From Chrysomallon squamiferum (lineage: Eukaryota > Animalia > Mollusca): a stretch of DNA of 64,000 bases. Shown here one piece after another: positions 54,640-64,000 of this stretch. Location: assembly GCA_012295275.1 (NCBI GenBank), contig CM022679.1, positions 16,802,001-16,866,000 on the forward strand, given 5' to 3'. Numbering within the stretch: the first letter of the stretch is position 1; each line of letters starts with the position of its first letter. Below the pieces are notes generated by a model that had not been told where the DNA came from, made no database searches, and saw only the letters and a list, made by a program, of their open reading frames with translations. The position numbers and the translations under genes were made by a program.

Positions 54640-56800
54640 GTTAATAAGCAGATCTATTAGTAGAATATATTTCTATTGAAGGACTTGCCTAAGTTTTTTT
54701 CTGATGATTGAGATTTTTAGAAATATTTCTTTTGTCAAAAATTTGAGAATGTTTTCTCAATTGTCACAAGTCAGAAGTTATTTGCAAATATCTGGCTATG
54801 GCATGTATGTGTGTGACAAAGAAATTAAAAAATGGAAACATCTTTTGATAATATTTTGCCAATTAAAGTTAAATATCTGATCCTCATGAATTTTTTTTTT
54901 TCAAAGTGAGAGATACCTTTTGGTTTTCACCTGAATGAATATCTGAAGCTATTTTTTGTTTCATTTCACAGTAACTCTGTATTGTCTTGTTACCAGTCAG
55001 TAACTATCTGATAATGATGGAATATTCTTTTTAAAGGTGGCAGTAATGGACTTCCACAGATATTTCAGAATTATAAAACAAAATGTTAAATCTATTTCCT
55101 GTGAATGGTACATGTGAGACATTTTTTATTATTATTTGTTTTAATGTTTTTGAGTAGGTGTCCAGAAGAAATGTCTTGAAGTCAATGTAACATTAACTTT
55201 TATCATCCCCACTTGCCAAACATTTACTGGCTGTCATGAGCAGTCTTAGGGAACCATTCTCTTCCTTTCTTGTGAAATAACTAGTCACCACATGAGTTTC
55301 AGCACCCATTAGTCACCACATCAGTGCCTCTTTTGTGTTGGTGTTAAATGTTTTATTGACACTGTCAGACAGTTCTGCAGAATTTACAAGAATGTGCTGT
55401 CTAAAGAAAACATTATTCAGTCTAGATATTGTTTTTTTTTTTTTTTTTTCAGACTGACAGTTCATTCTAATACATGTATATAGTTGATAAAAGTGCTGTA
55501 AGATTGAAATATGTCGTGAAATTTCTTTTCTGTAGTTGTGCTGTCCAATGTTGTTTTAATACTAGTATCTTTGTTCCAGAACTTTCTGCAGTAACATTAG
55601 CAACAGATTTCAATGGGTTTAAACATGTTGTGAAACTTCTGTCATCCCTCAGAAAGAGATGCATCCAATGATCTCTAGACTTTGTCAGTTTGTTGCAGAC
55701 TTTGATGCATTTTTAAATTTCAAGATGTATATAAATGTTTGTGTCAATATATATCATTATATCATTGTTAACAAAACTGAAAATGTCTTGACTAAAAAAG
55801 ATTGGGTTTCTGGAAAGTTATTAAAGAAAACTGCAATCCTTCCTCCAGAGATCACATGCAGCATGTGTAAGTGTATACATACGTGTTCACATACACGCTT
55901 TCTGTCAGTCGCTCTCACTCATAATTTGAAAATGTATCATTTAAATACTGGTGATTTTTGGTTTGCTGTCTTAAGCTGTTCCTGTGCTTCAGCAAGACAT
56001 TCACATCAAATCCGAAAAGCATGAACAATATAGAAACATGCAATTTTGAATTTCTTTTAAAAGAAAAGAATTTGATTGTTTTTGTTTTTTTTCAATTCTT
56101 TAAATTTCTTTAAAAGTCTTTGGAAAATAATTGAGTTGATCCATTTAGTAAACCAAGGTTGAACAATATTAAACATCTTTTTGTTCAGAATAACATCATG
56201 AGTGTTCCAAATGGATCTACCTACACTGGTTGGATATCACAGTCATCCATCTTGTCCATAGGCTTTTTTTTCTGTTTTTGAAAACAATCTATTTTATTCA
56301 TTTTAGCTGCATTTACATGTGAATAGTTATGAATATGTGTTTGAAATTGGTTATTTAAATATACTTCAGTGATAATGATATTCAGTTAAGTCTAATGACC
56401 CACTGAATCTAAAAGAGATTATTAATCATTAAAATATATCATCAGTTGAAATCTGTTCACTGGACTATATAGCTAACTGGGGTAGTTCATTTAGATCACG
56501 TAGGAGATTATAAGAGAACATTTTTTAGATAAATCTGAATAAATGTGAAACTTACACATTTGGTTTTACACTTTGGGTAATGTAATCCTCCTCATGCTAC
56601 TCCTGAGAAATGAAAACACTGAAAAAAGTGTTTCTTATTCAGTTTGTTCATTCATTGAATGCTTCTTACATGGGACAATGCAGGATATCAAATGAACCTT
56701 TTTGTTAACTGTTTCAGTAGTTATATTCTCAAATGACTTAATTTTGCTAAAATTTACATTTATTTTCTGTTTTGTCACACTATACAATGGTAATTGTGTA
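54640..56800 (-). mobile_element. Heavily degraded non-LTR (LINE) retrotransposon remnant
   Basis: Minus-strand traces resembling RT motifs in the expected order: KAYGQDG (~56250, cf. KxPGxDG), PLKSVANV...KIL (~55600, cf. RPISLLN..KI), GDD-like (~55205). Weak similarity, judged by eye only. Confidence 0.4.
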
Positions 56801-58015
56801 AGCTATATTCTCTATGGGATTTGGTTGTGTTTTGACCCCAAGCCGACTTTTAAAACCTGGTTATAATTGACAAGCAAGAGTTTGTTGTGGTGTCAAGCAG
56901 ATACAGATGACATTTCAACTCACAGAATGTTTTCACTTAATGTTTATTCATTTTGTGAATTAAAGCATGATTTATAACCACCATCACTGTCTTGTTGGAA
57001 ATATTTCCAGTGATGTCTTATCAACAGAAGGAAATACAATATGTTGCAGCCACACATGCTGCTTGGATACTGGCAGGACAACTGGTATATGAAGACTTAG
57101 GTGTTCATTTTTGAACTGTGTGTACATTTCCATAAAAGTTAACTTCAGGACCTTTTTTTTAAATATTTTTGTTTTTTGTTTTTTTATTACTATTATTATT
57201 TTTTTTTAAACATTTTAAAAGTTTTTAGTGATTGTTTTGATTTTTGGTAGCTGACCAGAAATTGTCTGGGTTGTAGAACAGCTGGACAGTTCTCTGAAAT
57301 AATGAGATAACAATCTGTTTTTGATTACTTCAGTTTATCATCAGATTGAACTAAGGTATATTTTTATGGCCTGAGTGGCTTTGGTTACTGCCTTGGTTAA
57401 TAAAATCATCTGAAATATTGCTAACTTCTGAACTGCATCCTGCAATGTTTTTTAAATCATTTGTTTTAGCAATACCACTAGAACATACTGACTAATATTC
57501 CATTGCTGGTACTGGATGCCTCATGTTTGGTATTTTTAAAAATGTTCTGAAAAAGCCATAAGCTACATTTTCATTTTTCTTTTAGCAGCAAGGATACTTC
57601 TAATAGACATAAAAACACATTACCACAGCATGTGACAGGAAATGGAGTAGAGATAAACCCTTGACTGAAAATGTGAACATTTAAAAAAAAACAAGTTACC
57701 ATTGTTACTTATCACACTTCTTTTGAGAATATCAAAATAATTTTAAAACTTGGTGAATTTTAAAGCAGTTTTAATATGAAATAAACATAGAAAATCAGAA
57801 ATTGATTAACATAGCCATAAATGTTTAATTATCATGTTGTTAAAGAATTAGAATTGACAATCTTTGCAGTTATCAACTCTATTCTGTGAGATCAGACCTG
57901 AGTAAATTACACATAACCATCACAGGGCAACATTTATTTTATTTACTTGTGATTCTTATAATGTTATATTTATTTATTGTTATTAATATTGGTTTTGTTG
58001 TTGTTATTGCTATTA

Positions 58016-58046
<31 letters not shown>

Positions 58047-58283
58047 TTATTAGTTCACAACATTTTAGTGGAATTCAGTCATTTTGCTGAGGCAAGGACT
58101 TATATATTTGGAACATGTGATGTGGTGGAATTGTTTAAATTTTACCCAAATCTTTTATTATCATTTTTAAAGGAAACTTCTTTTTATAACTCGTTTTAGA
58201 TTTCAAATGTTGTATTTTGCACAATTCCTTTGACTGTTTTATAAAATTTTAAAATTTTTGTATATATGTAATTTAGTTATATA

Positions 58284-58284
<1 letters not shown>

Positions 58285-58335
<51 letters not shown>
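58285..58335. repeat. (TG)n microsatellite
   Basis: Direct reading. Confidence 0.95.
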
Positions 58336-58336
<1 letters not shown>

Positions 58337-61300
58337 TAGCTATTTAGCTATCTATCTCTGTACCTCTGGTTACCAATAGTCAGTCTGTTTTTCATTAATT
58401 CATATTTTATTATTGTTTTTTGTTGATATTTCTTTTCTTTTTCTTTCAATGGATTTTTATTAGATTTTTTTTTGTTTTGTTTTGTTTGTATTTATTTTTT
58501 TACTGTGTGTGTATGTGTGTAATATATTTTTTAAATGTTATTCAAACATGAGATACAGCAATATTCAATAAAAATAAAAGTACTACAAATTTTAAAAAAT
58601 GTGCTGGGAACAAATACAAAGATAACAGATCCAGATAGAGAGATGTGAATATTAAATCTTCTGTATATTTACTTGAACCGGTTCACCATGCAAAGTGTAG
58701 TCTCAAGATAAAACCATAATAAAGAAACAGCTGGTTGTTTCCACAGATCAGTATTAAAATAAAAAGAGCAAAACCTATGTTATATTTTCTGAAGAATATC
58801 TTTCACTGAATGACTAAAGGGGTGAAACAAAACATTAATCATAACAGCAAGAAGATTAACTCTGAAGTGAATTTTATCTAGTATTTAGAGTAAGCAACTG
58901 ATCAGATATATCAAAAATGTCCGATGAAACATTCTCAGTGTCATTGTAACGAGACATTAATGAAGCAACCTTTACATGGAAAATTATTCATGTTAAAAAC
59001 AGATAATTATTATACTGTATTGAGTTTTAAGCTGGCCCTAAATCATCAAAAGTAGTGTCATAGTGAATGTAAATATACTAACAAATTGATGTCGAGGACA
59101 AGAAAATAAGGATTTAAATCCCCCACAGAAATGATATCTTTTATGTTTATGTAAACAAAATGAAGGAGATGTCAAGAGAGGAGTTTTAAATAATAAATCC
59201 ACCCTAAGGAAGTGACATCTGCTTGTTGACCACATCCTGAATGTTGATTGTGAAGGACCTCTTCAAAGAACTGTTTATCATGAGTATTTAAAGTTGTTAC
59301 TTATAAATTTGAACCATAAAAACAAAATTATTTGAATGAAATAAGAATAGATGTATCTGGGGGAAAAGAAATTATGCTAAATTTATATAAAATTTGAAAG
59401 AGAATTGATTTTATTCAAGATTTGAAACATTTTTACTAGCTATATAAGTTGGGTTTTTTTTGTGTTTTTTTAAATTATTATTTTTATTATTATTGTTTAT
59501 TTTTAATGATATCTTGTACACTGCAATAAAATGATTTATATATATATACATATGATTAGCCTTTAATTTTTATATGTAATTACCACTGTCTGATATGCTA
59601 CTGGACTATTTTTGTACATTCATTCAGTTTCAGTATATTTCAATACTTTTTGTCAAGAAAAAAGAAGGTATAGTTTATATTTTTAAGCCAGTCCACATTT
59701 AGTCTGCTCCTGTTTATTCCTCATCTAGGAATTTGTAAGTTTGTAAGTAATTTTGCAATTGTTTTAGAATCCTTTTTTGGAGTTAATTTTATTCAGTTTT
59801 TGTTTGATCTTTTTCTTCATTTATGGCCAAATCATCATATTCAAAACTGATATTCTTATTTTGAATGCAGATTTGTAGTTAGTGGCGTAATTTTAATCCT
59901 GTTCACACTGGACTGTCTCTTGAAGGTTTCAGGTTCTGTTACACTCATTACAGGTAGGATTTGACATTGTTCTTGGTGGAAATTTGGTTATTTTAAAATG
60001 AAATACAACTAGTTTTTGTGTACATGTGGAGATAGTGCATTAAAGATTTATAAATTGACTTTCTCTTAGTCTAAGATGGAATACATCATAAAATAAGGTC
60101 TGTAAATGTTTTGGTTTTTTTCTTCTTCTGTCTCCTTTTTCTTTATTTTCTTTTTGGTTTTTTCTTGGTAGTTTTTATTTTTTTTAATTTACTTTTTCTT
60201 GACATTTAGTTACACATGTTTCTTTCCTTCATTATGAAACTTCTGGCTCCACTTTTATTCTTTTTTAAAAGAAAACCTTTTGAGTATTCATTGCTATTCA
60301 TCTTCTTCTATGCGTGGTGCTTCAGCCTACGAGTAAAGCCATAAAGCTGTGTTTAGTGTATCAATTTTTGTTAACTTCTTGTTATTGCTTTTTGTACCAA
60401 TTCTCAACTTTTTAATATTATTCAATTAAATTCACTGAAATTAGTAATATCATTTTTATTAAAATCTGTTGACTTTGTCATGTGTATATAAAACTTAATA
60501 AAAATTGTTTCAGATGATTATGTTTCACACAAGTGGCCAGACACAACAGACAGAAATACACTGGATACTGACAGACAATATTAGAATATTCAGAATGACC
60601 TGCAGTTGTATCTTTTGAAAAAGTCAAATGTTGATGATTGATACTGGCTGTGTTCTTTGACATCAGTGAAAATCTTGTATCAGATACAAGTGTGGAATTT
60701 GGTGACCATTTGAGAAGTGTTAAATAACATATACAAATTAAAATTTAGATTTAAATAGAAAAAATAAATTCAGCCTTTGATTTAGATTATGAAGCATGTA
60801 TTTAACAAATGAGCTACAAAAAAATAATTAAATAAAAATAAATACAAGTGGTAATTTATTGTATTAAGTAGAAATTTTGTTCTTTTTTTATTTTATTTTT
60901 TTTACTTATTTATTTATTTTTATTTTATTTATTACTATTATTATTATTTTTTTTTTTTTTTTATGTGTGTCTGTGTGTGCTGGTTATTTAAGGGCTGGAT
61001 GAAAGGGAGGTGTGATTGTATGTGGACAGTTTTTTAATATTTTATTTTTTAATTGTTTTTAACTGAATTATTTTTATTTATTTAAGGTTGATTCTGAACC
61101 ATTACATGTATTAAAAATAATAATAATAGTAATAAAAACCACTAAAAAAGTAATATAATTGATGATTCAAGTACTAATAAGTGTAAAGATTTGTACTTTG
61201 TCATTTGTTATATTCGTTTCTTGTTGCATCGTTGGTAGTTTAAAACAAAAATATCTATAAATTAATTGGTTGAAAAAAAAATTAAATTTTTAAAAAATCA

Positions 61301-61755
61301 TACGATGAAGCAAAACATAAAAATAAAAATTCAATGTTGAACCAAGAAAACATAGTTATGAAATGCATCTTTATTGTTAAAGATTTGTCAAACAACTTGT
61401 GGAATCTACCAAAACAGACTTAATTAGCACAGTAAATGTGTTGAAACACGACCAGAACTGATTCAGTGTTTGCTCTTAGCATCATCAACAAGATCTTTGT
61501 CACCAACAAAATCAAAACATAATTAGAAAAAATTAAAAATTACAATTTCTAAAAATAATTTTTAATCTGATAAAAGTTTGTATTGCAGTACATGCAGATA
61601 AAATATATTGGATTAAACATCACAAGTAATGGATAACATGATCTGATTTTGTTCTTTGAAAGTTAATAAATTATGACCACTGAGATTCATTAAAACAATT
61701 ACTGAGTCATTTACCTAGTATAATCTTTGATTTTTTTATTATAACCTGACTCTGA

Positions 61756-64000
61756 TTACTTGTTTCTTAACAAGATCTGAGGAACATCAATGTCCAGATA
61801 TTCCAGTTCATACTGCAAAGGACAATCCTGTAGAATCTGCAGATCTTTCAGTGTGCCTAGTGTGGACGTGGCCATCCTGTCCACCATCCTGTCTAGTCTC
61901 CTCAACAGGTAGTGCATCTTAGTCATACTGCTCATGTATGTGTCTGGGTGACTGGGGTAGCGATGTAGGTCATTGTCAGAAGCCATCTCCGTGTTTAATG
62001 ATGATGCTGATGCAGGTGATGATGGGATTCTTATCTTCTTGCCAGATGCTAAATAATTGATACATTGTTTGTTAGTTTTAAATTACAGTTTATTGGAGAA
62101 AATGTTACACAGATAATAAAATATTTTAGCAGAGATTTAAGAAAGTCATTTCTCAGATATTATTATTATTAAACTATTTATTAAAACTTAAGTTCTTAAA
62201 TATTTCAGCTAGGAACAAGGCCAGGGTTCCCCTGTAAGGCTATGCAAAGTATACATTCTTATAATTTTTCTAATAATCAGTTAAAATGTGTGTGTTGAGT
62301 TACTGAATAACTCCATGGACTAACATCTGAGGTTTAATATTGTAATGAATTAAAGTGTTGTTAAGTCATAGGTTTCCTGACTTGAAAGAAAATCTGCCTG
62401 AATTACTCTTACCAGTTAAAGCACACACCACAGCCTTTTATAAATCAGTTACTGGCAGTGACTGGGATTATTTGTTTTAATCAAGCAGTTCTCAAATGTT
62501 TTATCTGGAATATCTACAGAGTTTTGTTAATGTATATCATATCTATCTATGAGTACCATGTTGAAAAATAAAAGAGAAATTTGATTATGAAAATAATTTT
62601 CACCAATGGTTCTTGGAAACTCAGAGAAGTTCATGGACTATTCTGTGAGATCTGTGGTCTAATCAAACACTTACTTGTATCATATTTGTTTCTTGAACTG
62701 TCAGCAAATCGAGACCAGTCTATTCCAGTCCACTGCTTGAGTTGTGTCAAGATGAAGGTAATAATCTCATAATCATTGGGCATCTTAGAGATGTTTGACC
62801 GCACAACTGCAAATGAGTCATTAAGAATTGTCACAAACATGTTGATCAAAATAAGAATTATGAAAAAAATGTAGAGGATGAAGAACAGTGGTCCCAGAAT
62901 CCTGTTGGATAGGTACAGCTCTCTGTACTGGTATTCTCCAAGAGCAAAGGAAAGCAGAGATTCCAATGTGTGCACAAAACTTCTGTAACCTTTGACCTGG
63001 GGACCAAATGCTGTGTAGCTGAAGCTTGCAAAAGCCATAACGACGACAATAAAGAGGATGCTGAAAGCACGGAGGTCAGAAGAAGCTTTGTGGAAGGTGG
63101 CCGAGAGCATTGTAATCTTTTTGTTGAATCGGAGAAGATGAATCATCTTGAGAATGGAGGTGAACATGACGACAGCCAACAAATAAGAAAAAAGTTCTTC
63201 CCACAAAGTTAGTCTTCGAAAATTCTGAAATTTATCTGTTAAAAAAAAAAAATAGTTTTTTATAAATATTATGTATTTATTGAGACACAATTATGGTATA
63301 TCTCTTTGGAGATGACATTAAACTACTGTGGAATTTGTAAAGAAAAAATAAAATAAAATGAAATAAATAAATAAATACCTGTCTTTTCAACTATACTGCT
63401 ATGTATATACAAATGCAGGATAAAAACAACAACTCACCTCTGAGTTTTACTACTTTTCTCACCAGGTATTCTGTAAGGATTTGGCGACCTACATACATGG
63501 CTAAAGCAACCAAAGAGGCTATGAGCAGTGCAAATTCCAGACCATTCCAAAACTGTTTAAAATAACCACATCTCTGCTTGATCAGTTTTTTCATTTCTCT
63601 TCCAAAGAAGTAAACTAAACACAAGGTATAGGAAGCATCAGTCAAGGCTACAACAATGCCGTATGCCCCGAGGTAGGGAAACAAGGTTAAAGTAGTGACC
63701 AGAATGTCCATGAGAATCAGTCCTACAGGATGGAGCTCAACACAGACCAGAACAGATGAGAATTTGTTGATGTTTTGGTTATACAGATTAAACTCGATAA
63801 ACACTGCCCGTGAGTATTCGTCAATCCACTGGTTTTCTCTGAGGTGTCTAAATGCTGATTCCACTCTCTGTCTTCCACCAATCAGATCTTTGACATACCC
63901 TCCACTAGGGTAGACCCCGAGTCTCCCTGTGTGGGGCACTCCACCACTGTCCTGATCTGTGAGGTAAAGCCAGGCCCAGTTATTTAACTGCTGAGTTGTT
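61756..64000 (-). CDS. Polycystin-family protein (PKD1-like/PKD2-like cation channel domain), last three coding exons
   Basis: Exons >64000-63438, 63235-62675, 62048-61756; TOP domain GVYPSGGY...WIDEYSRAVFIEFNLYNQN, TM segments FWNGLE, LKMIHLLRFNKKI, LGPLFFILYIFF...LINMFVTILNDSF. The short C-tail without an EF hand favours a PKD1L2/REJ type. Confidence 0.9.

Overview
AT-rich eukaryotic, intron-containing animal DNA; the gene and repeat content suggests an invertebrate, probably a gastropod mollusc (inference). Left part (1-41 kb), genes assembled by hand from splice sites: 3' five coding exons of the PP2A catalytic subunit (+); a small WBP1/VOPP1 (Shisa-like) membrane protein gene (-); two head-to-head BTB-BACK-Kelch genes with intronless CDS; TSR3 (+); two short orphan ORFs; and LENG8 (-, 16 coding exons, one U12-type intron). 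The window ends in the 3' exons of a polycystin-family gene (-). The most notable feature is a ~15 kb block (about 42-57 kb) directly behind the LENG8 promoter, made almost entirely of dead transposon fragments (five Buster/SPIN-type hAT, two other hAT, pogo, an unclassified DDE transposase, a LINE). Every recognisable coding fragment lies on the minus strand. This architecture fits a flamenco-like uni-strand piRNA cluster or transposon trap transcribed on the plus strand from a promoter shared with LENG8; that is an inference needing small-RNA data. All coordinates were read by eye and may be off by a few bases.
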